Assembly (NCBI GenBank): GCA_021613535.1
Contig: CP075497.1
Span: 11,594,001-11,658,000, forward strand
Length of the DNA: 64,000 bases
Source: Adineta vaga
Taxonomy: Eukaryota > Animalia > Rotifera
Reading direction: 5' to 3'
Shown here: positions 25,583-38,429 of the stretch, piece after piece
Layout of the letters: the number at the start of each line of letters is the position of its first letter
Numbering within the stretch: position 1 is the first letter of the stretch
Notes under the pieces: generated by a model
Database searches by the model: none
The model's input: only the letters and a program-made list of their open reading frames with translations
What the model was told of the DNA's origin: nothing
Position numbers and translations under genes: made by a program

Positions 25583-28353
25583 TTAAAATCCCGGTTCATG
25601 TCGAAAGGTAAACCTCAATTCATCACAATGACGTTTTATTTCAGCAGCCATGATTGCATTTCCAGTAAAGAATACAGCCGTCGATTTATGTTCAGTTTTA
25701 AATTTTGAAAATAATAATTTCCATGGTGGTCGTCCAACATGTGTCGGTGATTTCAATAGTGTATGCATGTCTTGTTGTTGCATTGCTGCATACATATTCG
25801 CAACAAGATCATAAGGAAGATGTTCCAACATTGCACGTTCATTCCTGCGTAATGATGTACAATACAAATGAATATCAAGATATCTGGATGATGATTGATT
25901 GTTGACCAGGGTTTGTCGTTGTAGTAGAAAGAGTTCTTAAATAGTTTTCTTGTTCGTTTTCAAATTCGTTGAGAATATTACGAAACCAGGAAAAGTTACC
26001 AACTTCACGATTAATCCATATAAAATCAACTTTTTTCAATTTTTGACTATTTAATCTTTCATGATTATAACTGATTGTATCACAATTAGGACAAACACAT
26101 CTTTCTTTTTGTAATCGTTGAATTAAACTATCTAAAGCACTTATCGAAGGTGTTACTCCAATTCCAGCACCAATTAAAACCACATGTTCATGATCGAAGA
26201 TATACGATGTACAAGTACTAAATGGACCTTCAATACAAATAATCGCTTCGGGATCATCCGCTGAAAATCGAATTTCTCCGATGTCACTGTTCATATTCTG
26301 ATGACCATTCTCAAATGTTATATCTGTTAATTCAGTGGCTAAACGTTTATGAAAATGATCATAAACTTTCTTTGTCCAATTTTTTTGCTTCATTATATTC
26401 AATTGAATAATGTCTTTTCGTTCAGGTGAACTCGAGATTGTAAATGGATGCCATTCCGTTTTAGCTAGAAAATAGAAAATAAATTCGTTTTCTTCATATA
26501 GAAAATATATTTACCGATTTTTGGTAAACAGATGTTAATGTAATTTCCTGTTCGAAAATTAAAACGTACTGGTCGTTCGATAATTAATGTTAAAAGATTA
26601 TTATATTCAAATCGAATTAATCTTAAACGTGTTCGACCATAACTTGATGAATATCGTTTGAGAGAATAGATTTTTTCCAAGAATAAAAGTGTCATTGGTC
26701 CAATTGCCCATTTCCAAAAATCTGGTGCATGAATAACAAGAAGAATAAATATTGGCCAAAATAAATAATGAGTATATTGAAATAAGAAATAAAAACCAGA
26801 TCGTTGTCGAATACATTGTAATGCAAATATAAACATAATCATCAATAAAACAAATAAAATATCTCCCGTAATTGGAGCAGAATGACCAACCCAACCAATT
26901 TCAGCAGCTGTTGTAAACATTGCTCGGGGCCATGAAAGTTCTAAATCAAAACATACACTAATTATACAAAGATACAGATCAATTCTTACCCTCTGTATGT
27001 GTAGCAAAATGAATCGTATGACCCAAACTATGTACCATAGCAGATATGAATAACATGGTTCCGACAAGACGATGTCCATCAATATGATCATCAACTGGAA
27101 TAATTAAACGAAGATAATGATATTTTCGTATAAATGTCATAATTTGTTTGAGCATGAGAGTAACTGCGACGAAATAATTAAAGTTAATCAACATTCCACC
27201 AACACGAGCAAACACTCGCCATACAGAAGTATTTTGAATAATAATAGTTCGATAAATACATACATAGATAATCAATATGATTTGTATTAGAAAATAAATA
27301 GCAAGAAAAGTTAAACGATTGATATTATTTTTGATATACATCCAACAACGTTGAAACCACGTTATTTCTTTTTCTTCTTCTTTGTCTTGATCGGGGATAC
27401 TAATAAGATAAAGAGATTTTAATACATCAGGATTTTGTTGAAGATTTCGATAGAATTGATTGAAATTGATTTCTTCGTGTTGACTTTCATGTTGAGTTGT
27501 TGGGAAAATCCCTTGCAGAAAGGTATCGACAACTTCTTTATGATGTTCATCATTTTTAAAGATTTTAAACTCAGATGAATAATTTTCATAAAACAAACGA
27601 ATCTCTTCCATTGTTATAATATTATCATTATTACTATCGAAGAGTTTAAATAATATTAAGGCTTTTACAGACATAGGTGAAGTCCAGAGAGCACGAGCGA
27701 TACGAATTATATCAGTACCTAAGATTTGATTATTTTCAAATGCAGATTCTAAATCAAATACCATTAATAGACGTCGACCTAGACGAAAAATAATCGAAAT
27801 TAGTTAACAAAAATTCAATAACATACTAAGCATGAATTTGACTTGAAACATACGGCCGAATTCTTCAATAGTAAAAGTTTTTGTACTAATATCTGAAGCA
27901 AAATATTTCTTAAAATATTGCCGATGTTGATCAGAGATTGGTTCACGAAATAGTTCACGAAACTGATGACTAACCACTCGCTCAGATGGAACACTTAGAG
28001 TAGATTTCGTTCTAGAAATATTTCAATAAAATCGCAATGAATTGATTTAAGATTACACTTACGAGAACAATCTTGATACGGCAGCACGCGAAAATCTTCC
28101 TCGAAGATAACTTTTTTGACTTCGTAATACAGGAGCTGGGTTTTCTCTCGATTCATCCTGTAAATCAATTGTTCTACCAATAATAGATCCGTGAGATTTT
28201 TCCCTTAAAAGAAAAACAATCGAATTAAATCGCGTTTAATTAATCATAGTTCCAATAGTTGCAAAGAAAAATAAGGATATTCTTTCGTTAAGTTCTTTAT
28301 TACGATTAACTTTTTTTGCAAAGGATAAAAAACGTCGGTGATATAACTTACAT
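25583..28353 (-). CDS. EF-hand NADPH oxidase (NOX5/RBOH-like), 6 predicted exons, with an apparent frameshift at ~25878-25936
   Basis: EF-hand FDSNNDNIITMEE; heme His pairs (GHRLVG...VHSLGH, THYLF...VIHAP); FAD-binding WHPFTISS; NADPH-binding GAGIGVTP; FIWINRE; GRPPW; C-terminal FRHEPGF. Confidence 0.88.
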
Positions 28354-28489
28354 TCTTTTATTTATGTGTGAATGTTGTTCTCGATAATAATATTTTTGTG
28401 TGATGAAATTTATTCGCATGCATCTATATATATAAACGAGACGTACAAAAAAGAACGAACTTTTTTACGTTTCTCCCCCGGTGTCTGAC

Positions 28490-30013
28490 TTTTTAAAAAT
28501 CACAGTCTTCACAAATGGAATAAATTTTACATAATTCGTGTGTGTCACTATCGATGAGTGATTTTTCAGAACTCTTCCACAACTGCCCTGATTTGTGACA
28601 TATAGAAAAAATATTTTCGCATTGTTTACTCAATCAAAAATACGTATAAATACTACAACATCAAACGGTTAATTTCATTTTCTCAACAATATTCAAACAG
28701 TTTCTCATTTACAATGGCTTTAGTTGAATTTTTATGCTATTTGACAGTTTTCGCCGATGCTGCCGTGTGTCAACGACTGTTGAACAGCACTGCTGCTAAT
28801 GCTACCACCACAATGATGTCAACAACAACCACAGCAAATCTTTCAAATCCATTGGCACCATCACGATTAGAATCAATCAAAAACTCTAACACCGAATTAC
28901 GTCTTCTATCAAAAATGAATCCATCCGATTTCGTTTTCGATTTCAACAATGCAACAACAGGCGTCTCAAGAGGCACCGGTGGTCGTACAGTTTCTGCAAA
29001 TGTAAGTTTCTCTGAATTGTTCTATTGATTTGATATGAAACTTAATTTTATTTAGGCAAATAACTTTCCGGGCGTCATCGGTCATGGTATTGCAATGACA
29101 GTTGGTTTCCTAGGTCCATGTGGAATGAATCTTCCACACACCCATCCTCGTGCAACAGAAATCAATTATTCTGTTGATGGTCATTTTCAAATTGGATTTT
29201 ATCAAGAAAACGGTGCTGCTTTTATTATGAACGAATTACACAGTGGTCAAGTGGCCGTTTTTCCCAAAGGTGCTATCCATTTCGAACAAAATCTAAATTG
29301 TCAACCAGCAACATTTGTAGCTGCATTTAATCATGAAGATCCAGGAGTATTAACTATTGCTAATGCATTTTTTGGTTCAATACCAGCTACAGTTGTTGGT
29401 GCTAGTCTTGGTGGATTAAATATCTCAACGATCGAAGACATTCGTATGCAAGTTGCCGAAAATCCAGCAGTTGGTATTGCTGAATGTCGGCGACGATGTA
29501 ATCTTTAGACTATCGGATAACAACTAAATGAGCAGTATTGTGTTTTGTATCTCAATTAATTATTTTTTCTTTTGAATAATAAATAAACAAACTCATTCAG
29601 CTTCATGTTCAAGTTTTCATCTCTGACTCAAAAGTAACTGTAGGAAGAATGTGGCCTTGATGCAAAGTAAACATACTTAAAGGCACGCAGAACAGACATA
29701 GAATACAAAAAAATCATAAACACTTTGTTTTTGAAATTTCCCCGAAAAAGTGATTGTTGTGGATTTGTATATTAATAACAATTTTCAAAGGAAGAACGAA
29801 AAGATCCATGATTTTGCAATAACACAAGAACGTGTTGTTGTTGCTTTTTCGGAACATTGACACTTCTTTCATCGCTATGCAACATAGAAGAAACAAATGT
29901 TGTATGCCATAATGTCATTCTTAGAAGTAGAATAATGCAAGAACATTCATTGAATCATCCTGTCTAAAAGAAGTGAATTATCTTATATGAAAAATTTTCT
30001 TTTATTTAACTTT
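28490..30013. repeat. Segmental duplication, copy 1 (pairs with ~36905-38429)
   Basis: Near-identical promoter, CDS, intron and ~500 bp of 3' flank; the CDS starts are 8414 bp apart. Confidence 0.95.
28714..29508 (+). CDS. Secreted germin/spherulin-like cupin, copy 1 (intron 29002-29055)
   Basis: Signal peptide, Thr-rich linker, DFVFDF, germin boxes G-x-NLPHTHPRATEI and FPKGAIHFEQN with the His/His/Glu/His metal ligands intact. Confidence 0.9.
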
Positions 30014-30699
30014 GAGGGTGGGTGTTGTTAGAAATATCGTGCCACGATGGTCATTTCACTAGTCGATGATCTGGCCTCTCGTCTTAATACATTCTTGATT
30101 TTGTTCGTTTTCAAGCAAGATTTTGGTCGTCTTTAAGCCATACCTGATTTTTTTAATCCCAAAGGGAAACAATTTCATGAGCATTTCGAAAGATTCTTGG
30201 GGTTTATTATCATCATCAGTATATGTCAAATGTATTTGTATATATTTATTAGTTTACTATGAAATTTTGCTGCAGTTACAAATATTGAAAGAAATTGAAA
30301 GAAATATCGAAAATACATAAAAACAAACGAAATTGACGATTTAAATTTATATTAAATCAACAGAGCGTTTGAGTATCTCTACTCATTTCCAGTATCCACC
30401 ATTATTTCGATTTATTCAACAGAACCTATTCAACACTATTATTCTTGATCTATTTTATCTATTCAATTATATTAAAACTCGATAATAATATTATATATTC
30501 CCAAAAGCATGTTACTAAATCTTTCTATTGGTGATGATAAAAAACTATTCTCAAGAATTTCAAACTTCCGTGTATTGATACATATGATCACAAAAGGAAC
30601 TAAATGAAAAGAATTGCACCGCGACACATAATAATCGTCTCAAGTTAGTAACATTTAGTTTTTCTTCTTTTCGCAGTATGTCTACTTTTGTTTTAGATA

Positions 30700-31468
30700 C
30701 ATCGTGAAATTGACTTCAAGATATGAACAAAGTCATTTTTTATTTCATGTTAAACATGAAAAATGCATTTCCTTATTTTATAAATCAACATTCAATTTTA
30801 TCAGAACTTTCTCAAGAACGAATATCAGCAAAAAAGATGAGTCACTGGAAAAGTTTACTTATGCAACTCTTGCATACTTTGTTTGTGATGATCTGTATTC
30901 GACAAGTAAAAGATTCCATAAGTCAAATTGATTTTTTGAAGTAAACCAGATACCAGTTACATTTATTTATATGCATCGATACTATCATGAATACTTCATT
31001 ATTCTATTTTTATTGCCCCTTGCGGATTCACTATTTGATAATGAACAGATGAATTATCGGGGAAAATCCATGATAACCGTATGAGAAAGCCTCTATTATC
31101 TTCATAAACCGATTTTAAGAAATGAAATGTTTTGGTAAGCATCTGCGAGAATCAATATATATGTACAGCATTTGTTCTTTGTCGATTCAATCATGGATAA
31201 AATTTTATTTTAGACCAATGATGATATAATACATATTGCTAAAGAGCTACTGAGATAAATGACAAAAAATACAGAAACATCCGTTATAATAACCAATGAT
31301 GTTGGTCCAATTATTTTGGCATGCAGTAAGATTGATGAAAAGCTAGTTGCTTTTCAAACAGAATATGCTGTGAAAGAATTCAATATCAAACGGTCACCAA
31401 GGATTGCTGACACCACTGAATGTGGTAGTGCCTTCTATATCTCTTTCTCAAGGTTAGTTATCGTTTAA
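30700..31468 (+). pseudogene. Degraded PfkB/adenosine-kinase-like gene
   Basis: Fragments ADSLFDNEQ (cf. D-x-LFGNE-x-E), VIIT-x-x-x-GP and IADTTECGSAF (cf. DT-x-G-x-GDAF), with stops between them and a residual intron ~31135-31213. Confidence 0.45.
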
Positions 31469-32453
31469 ACAACAACATTAGGATTGTATTCCTGACTATT
31501 TCAAATTTAATCTAATCCTATTTTAGAATGTAAGCCGACATTTTATCTGTACTTGATTTTTACCAACTAATATTCAACCGACTTAATATTTACAATTGAA
31601 TGTTGAATTGAAAATACAACGAAACGAGCACACTGAAACGAAATTTCTATACAATTTTCTGTCTTTTCATATAATCAAAACAGATTTACATATGATTTTA
31701 TGAGTAGAAAGAACAATGAAATCTACAATATTTTTTAAGTTATATGAGATCGAATGAAAGATATATCCTTCAATATTTGTTATACTATCATCATGTGAAT
31801 TTTTGAAAAATTATTAATTTCTTTTTGATCACGGTCCTATCTGAGTGACGTTTAAAACTAACAGAAAACGGATGAAATTTGCAAATCTTTTTTTTTAGCA
31901 TTCCAGTCATTAATAAAATATTCCTTTGAAAATCAAATGATAATAAATGAAAGTAAAAAGAAGTAATTTCTGCTTTAATTTTGATTCATAATTCTTATTC
32001 AGAGTTTTCTCCAAGAATCTTTATACGATTGTCGTATCAGAAAATAAAGCATTTTGTAGGTGGAAAGAATCACACAACTATCGAGAATAATTTTCCATCA
32101 CCTTTTATTACAAACACGTCATTGAGATAAAAATGCCTGTGAAGAAAGCAACAACAATTTGTATGTCGTTGACCAATAGCAATAATTATATAATCTCCCG
32201 ATGACTATTGAGCAGGTGAACAATGAAGGGTCAAACAGACAGAAAAAATAAATTAACTCAAAGTTGTATCCTGCAATGCAATTGGTCTATTTTGACTTAA
32301 ATTGTCTATTCTCGACTATTTATTCGTTAATTAAGCTCTAATTCGACTGTTTTATTTCTGTCTATTTGCGGCCTAATGCTTTATGATACTTCTCACAATG
32401 TCTTTATATAAAAACGATGAACAATTTTCATTATCTAAACATTAAGATAAACC

Positions 32454-34888
32454 ATGGCAACAACTTTGGAGGATCTCTCTGTTGAGTTATTCTATGAAGT
32501 ATTTACTTATTTTCAGTTTCATGAAGTGTTTAATATATTTTCTACTCTTAATTCGCGATTTGCTGTTATGATTAATAATATGCCACTTACGTCCGTTTAT
32601 TTGGGTTTGAACGGAATGAGCATATCAGTGACCGAATTTTATTATACACGTTTATCACAATTGAACAACTGCACTCGTCTTATTTCATTATGTATCTCTG
32701 ATACATTATCTATTACAAATGGTTTATGGTTATCATCATATCTATCTACATTTGTTAATCTTCGTCATTTATCTTTAATTGACATCAAACGTTCTTCTTT
32801 TGAACTGATTCTCAACTCACCGTCACCCATTAATTCTCTCATCGTGTTTAGTGTACGTTTTTCAAACTTATGGCGTGCTTCTTTTTCTTATATAGGTATA
32901 CCAGAAGGTGCTTACTATGAACGAATTTTTTATTTATTTCCATCATTACGCTTATGTCATTTATTGTTCTATCCGTATACACATTATACTCCAGACAGCC
33001 AATTCGTTCTTCCACCTGACAGAATTTTTATGCCTATCGAAGTCAGTCTTTTGAACGTACAATCACTTACAATTCAATGCTCGCCAAGCTTGTTATCATA
33101 TTTGTTTGAATATCTTCCCAAATTAGAACGACTCTACTACATACAAACTGGTTCTTGGCTACCTACAACACATCCATTAATACGTAATGATATTTTGTAA
33201 GTTTGTTTGTTTAATTTATTGCATATTTTAACCTACGAATTCAATGTAAAGTGTGTTGAAGAAAAGAAACTAGTTAAAAGTGACTTATTTGTCAACTGAT
33301 ACATAACATTTGCAGTAACTGATATTCTCTTTTAAAATACATCATTAGCAGCAATAGCGAGTACAACGATATATTTCGAGTTATTCTTGGAAAAGCTCTT
33401 TTCATTTCTTTGATGCATTAGTCCAGATGTAATCATTATATTCAATAAATCAATCCTGAAAGCTCAAAAGACAGCTCAGGTAATATCAGAAAACATTGTA
33501 GAGTATACTTACATAACTTCGAACAAATGCTTTTCGAAAAATGTTCGCGAAAACAAAGAAAAGTCAAAATGAGGATTCCCTCCACGCTGAAGAATGAAAC
33601 GGTGGAAAGTGTCCGAAATAAATGACTAGATAAGATTAGATATGGAAAGATTTGACTCATCGAGCAAGAACAATCTGTATAAATAAGTGTCTAATATTGA
33701 ATATAGCAATAAAAAGTCACGTGATACGATTGATGCATTTAATGCTGCAAAATGACCTTGTTCGTCTATTTTTCAGTGCAATCACTCCGATTAAAAAACA
33801 CATTGCTGCAAACCTACGTCGTCTTAACTTAAATTGGGAGGAATGTATTGATACAGCGAACACAATTAACAAGTTATTTGAGCGTGACGTTTTATTTTCA
33901 CTGATGAACTTCAGATTATTGGCGGGTATAGGTGGTCTTCATGTTCTTCACGATCTGTTGTCCATGCTTTCCAACCAATGTTCATATTCGTTTGATGTTA
34001 AATGGATTGTAGAAAATACAGTGTCATTATCAGAAACAAGCAGCGTCTTATCCGGTATGTTTCAACAGCTGAAGGGACCAGTGCCAATTGAATTAGAATT
34101 ATGTTTAGAAGAAAATATGTATCGTATTAGAGCTGTGACGTTACCAAAAATGGACAAGAACTTATGCGCCCATTTTTATCTTCATAATACTGTGCACAGG
34201 TATCAACAAACAGTTGTTTCTTTTATAACAAACATCTTTTTCTGAATTTAGTCAAAGTCGGTGGCCATATAACAGACCTGTCTTGAAAAGTCAGTTAGCA
34301 TATTGCAATGAGATTATTATGCGTGGAAACTATGATATAATCAATACTGAATTTGTTTCTTTTTCTCCATCTATTATTTTTTGGCATCAGATAACATCGC
34401 TCGATATTTCTCAACCATTCAATCCAACTCACCTTCATTGTCTTTTATCACAAACAATTAATCTACGCACTCTAGATTTGCATTTCAGACCAATACACGG
34501 CCCTGAATTTGATGTCGAAGATGAAAATTTAATCAATCTGTTCAACGATGTTTCTCTGTGTAATAAAATCATGTCAAATGGTCTACGACAACTCAACCTT
34601 TTTACTGGTTGGAACCAACCAAATTTGATAAAAACTGCTTATTTAATTGTCGAACGACTACCTGATTTGCACGTCTTGGAACTACATGGTGGTGATGAAC
34701 TGATTGAAATGTCACTTATACTTATCGAGGGCCTCAAAAAACTAAATTTTCTCGCTCTACGTTGCGGACTTGTAGATGAAAAACTATATGAGACAAGATT
34801 GCGTAATTCGCAGAGTTTAAATACTCGTCTTCTGAAAACAGAATTTTTTAAGATGAACTGTGAAGATACACTTTTCGTCTGGTTATAA
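32454..34888 (+). CDS. F-box-like / LRR-like protein (introns 33197-33776 and ~34200-34251)
   Basis: The N-terminus LEDLSVELFYEVF-x-Y...F-x-x-LNSRF is F-box-like, followed by L-x-x-L-x-L repeats; the first intron keeps the reading frame. Confidence 0.7.
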
Positions 34889-35718
34889 TTAAATAAAATT
34901 ACGAATAAGTTTTTTCTTCGTTCTACTTGAACTTCTTTTTGTAAAAGAATACCGGTAGCTATAATTTTTTTTAAATTTTATTTTGTATGATAAATCAGAC
35001 GAAAAGAAGAAAGAAGTGGGAGAAAGTCTTTAGAGTATGCACAGGGAAAGATGTGACGTAGATCCTTGATTTTATCTTGCTAAAATGTTTCAATAAAGAA
35101 AGTATACTGGAAAACAAGTTGATTGAGATTGAAGATTATCAAGTATCTAGATTACTCAAATCTTTTGACCCATGTGAGATACATTTTGAAAGTTTATTGG
35201 TGACATCAATCGATAGATTATATAATTCTGTATAAATGAGACGGAAACCAATTTTACACGGTGTTTCATTGATCATCAAAAAAGTAAGATAAAGATTTGA
35301 ACTCTGGTTTCTAAGTAAAGTACTAGATCGGATTTATTCAGCCAGATCTTTAAAAACTATAAAGATTTATTCTAATCTCATAAATCTTATCTGATAAGTA
35401 AATTCGTATTGATTTGAATTGATTAATGACTCCTGTAACGAACAAATTTTCTAGGTACATATCCGAATATGTTGAAGAGTGGTTATTGTTGAAATAATAA
35501 ATTATTATCCTTCTAAATAATGGATATTTGTCCTGTCGTTGTATTTTTCTACATAGATAGTTCTTTAAAAATAAGTTATAAGTGCGCGAAAAAGAAACAT
35601 TCTTTGCACCTTGTTCTACAGAAAATATGTGGTAATTAGCCACTCGATTTCTATTTCTTCCATTAACAACAAACAAGGTAATGAACTATGACTGGTTTTT
35701 TGAAAGATTAGTTTCGTT

Positions 35719-35887
35719 TTAAAATTGAAGTACATTTCGAAAAGTAAATCTCGATACATCACAATGACCGTTTGTTTCTCTAGCCGTGGTACCATTTTCT
35801 GCAAAAAATACATCCATCAATTTATATTCAGTTTTAAATTTTGAAAATAATATTTTTTACTGTGGTCGCTCAACATATGTTGGTGAT
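35719..35887 (-). pseudogene. Relic 3' end of a second NADPH oxidase copy
   Basis: Translates SPTYVERPQ*KILFSKFKTEYK...HCDVSRFTFRNVLQF*, colinear without gaps with the NOX C-terminus SPTHVGRPPWKLLFSKFKTEHK...HCDELRFTFRHEPGF*. Confidence 0.9.
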
Positions 35888-36904
35888 AGACTGGAACATC
35901 CTTCAAAAATGTATTTAGCATAAATATCCTCTGGAGAAAATGCCCCCTCCCCTTCTTTATCGAAATAGCCTTCTAGTAAATCATGGACAAAATCGAAGGT
36001 GAAGGTGTAGGTGTGAACGTAATTTCTGTGCGATATTACACATTACACACAACCATACATCACGTCTAAATCCTCAACCACTATTTGCAAGTAACGCTTA
36101 TTGAAAATCGAATCACTCGGTCCTATACTGCCACGATCTACATGTGAATATAACTGTATTTGGATATTAATCAGAGTTGATCCATACTACTTACAAAAGC
36201 AAACACATGCCATAGCGATTTTTGTAGGGACATATTCCATCGTTTGTGTAAATAAGGCTTTTCAGCGCAGCCCTTCAGACGCTAATGTGTGGAACTCACA
36301 TAGATGATTTACGACGGCAATGTGTTAATAATAAGATCCTGTCTTTAGTGAGGCTCTGTCTGTAAGGTTGGATGGAAGAAGCAAGACTAAAAATCCGTTG
36401 ACTTGAAATTTACACTTATTTTTCTTCCAAAAATATAGATGAGTCCCACAATAAAAACGATCACTTTGTACCTAAAAAATGGTCGCTTTGTCCCGTGTTA
36501 CCAACAAGCCCGATATATCGAGTTAAATTTTCGTAGCTAGACCCTATACTTTCAGTCTAGGAAAAAAGATTCAGTTCTACGTAAGTACAAGAAGTAGTTA
36601 CAACATTCAAAAAAAGCCAAGATGAATTTATTTACTATCTAATTAATGTTGCATTGTAAGTATACTTATGAGAATATTCATGGTAAACATGATAATGCTC
36701 ATTGAACAATCTGTCTCGTTTAGTTAATCGCACTGTAAATATTTACATAAAAAAGGATCACGATACTCTTTCGTGAGGTTTTAGAATATAACCAACTTTG
36801 CTTGAAAGCGACAAATAAAAACCAGTGAAGTAATTTACATTTTTTATTTATGTTTATATGTTCTCGCAATAAGAATATTTTTTCGTTCCTTCCCCGATAC
36901 ATGA

Positions 36905-38429
36905 CATTTTAAAAATCACAGTCTACACAAATGACACTAAATAAACACGATTTATGTGTCACTATCGATAAGTGATTTTTCAGAACTCTTCCACAACTGC
37001 CCTGATTTGTGACATATAGAAAAAATATTTTCGCATTGTTTACTCAATCAAAAATACGTATAAATACTACAACATCAAACGGTTAATTTCATTTTCTCAA
37101 CAATATTCAAACAGTTTCTCATTTACAATGGCTTTAGTTGAATTTTTATGCTATTTGACAGTTTTCGCCGATGCTGCCGTGTGTCAACGACTGTTGAACA
37201 GCACTGCTGCTAATGCTACCACCACAATGATGTCAACAACAACCACAGCAAATCTTTCAAATCCATTGGCACCATCACGATTAGAATCAATCAAAAACTC
37301 TAACACCGAATTACGTCTTCTATCAAAAATGAATCCATCCGATTTCGTTTTCGATTTCAACAATGCAACAACAGGCGTCTCAAGAGGCACCGGTGGTCGT
37401 ACAGTTTCTGCAAATGTAAGTTTCTCAGATTTGTTCTATTGATTTGATATGAAATTTAATTTTATTTAGGCAAATAACTTTCCGGGCGTCATCGGTCATG
37501 GTATTGCAATGACAGTTGGTTTCCTAGGTCCATGTGGAATGAATCTTCCACACACCCATCCTCGTGCAACAGAAATCAATTATTCTGTTGATGGTCATTT
37601 TCAAGTTGGATTTTATCAAGAAAACGGTGCTGCTTTTATTATGAACGAATTACACAGTGGTCAAGTCGCCGTTTTTCCCAAAGGTGCTATCCATTTCGAA
37701 CAAAATCTAAATTGTCAACCAGCAACATTTGTAGCTGCATTTAATCATGAAGATCCAGGAGTATTAACTATTGCTAATGCATTTTTTGGTTCAATACCAG
37801 CTACAGTTGTTGGTGCTAGTCTTGGTGGATTAAATATCTCAACGATCGAAGATATTCGTATGCAAGTTGCCGAAAATCCAGCAGTTGGTATTGCTGAATG
37901 TCGTCGACGATGTAATCTTTAAACTATCAGATAAAAACTAAATGAGCAGTATTTTTTTTTTGGATCTCAATTAATTATTTTTTCTTTTGAATAATAAATA
38001 AACAAACTCATTCAGTTTCATGTTCAAGTTTTCATCTCTGACTCAAAAGTAACTGTAGGAAGAATGTGGCCTTGATGCAAAGTAAACATACTTAAAGGCA
38101 CGCAGAACAGACATTGAATACAAAAAAATCATAAACATTTTTTTTTTGAAATTTCTCCGAAAAAGTGATTGCTGTGGATTTGTATATTAATAACAATTTT
38201 CAAAGGAAGAACGAAAAGATGCATGATTTTGCAATAACACAAGAACGTGTTGTTGTTGCTTTTTCGGAACATTGACACTTCTTTCATCGCTATGCAACAT
38301 AGAAGAAACAAAAAGTTGTATGGCATAATGTCATTCTTAGAAGTAGAATAATGCAAGAACATTCATTGGATCAACCTGTCTAAACGAAGTGAACTATTTT
38401 ATAAGAAAAATTTTCTTTTATTTAACTTT
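36905..38429. repeat. Segmental duplication, copy 2
   Basis: Matches ~28490-30013; weaker similarity extends left to ~36750, matching NOX intron 1 and exon 1. Confidence 0.95.
37128..37922 (+). CDS. Secreted germin/spherulin-like cupin, copy 2 (intron 37416-37469)
   Basis: Same protein as copy 1 except FQIG to FQVG. Confidence 0.9.

Noticed and set aside
35890-36700. Possible transposon fragment replacing the middle of the NOX relic
   Set aside because: Only a short imperfect repeat (tcactttgtacc / tcgctttgtccc) is visible; no terminal inverted repeats, target duplication or transposase.
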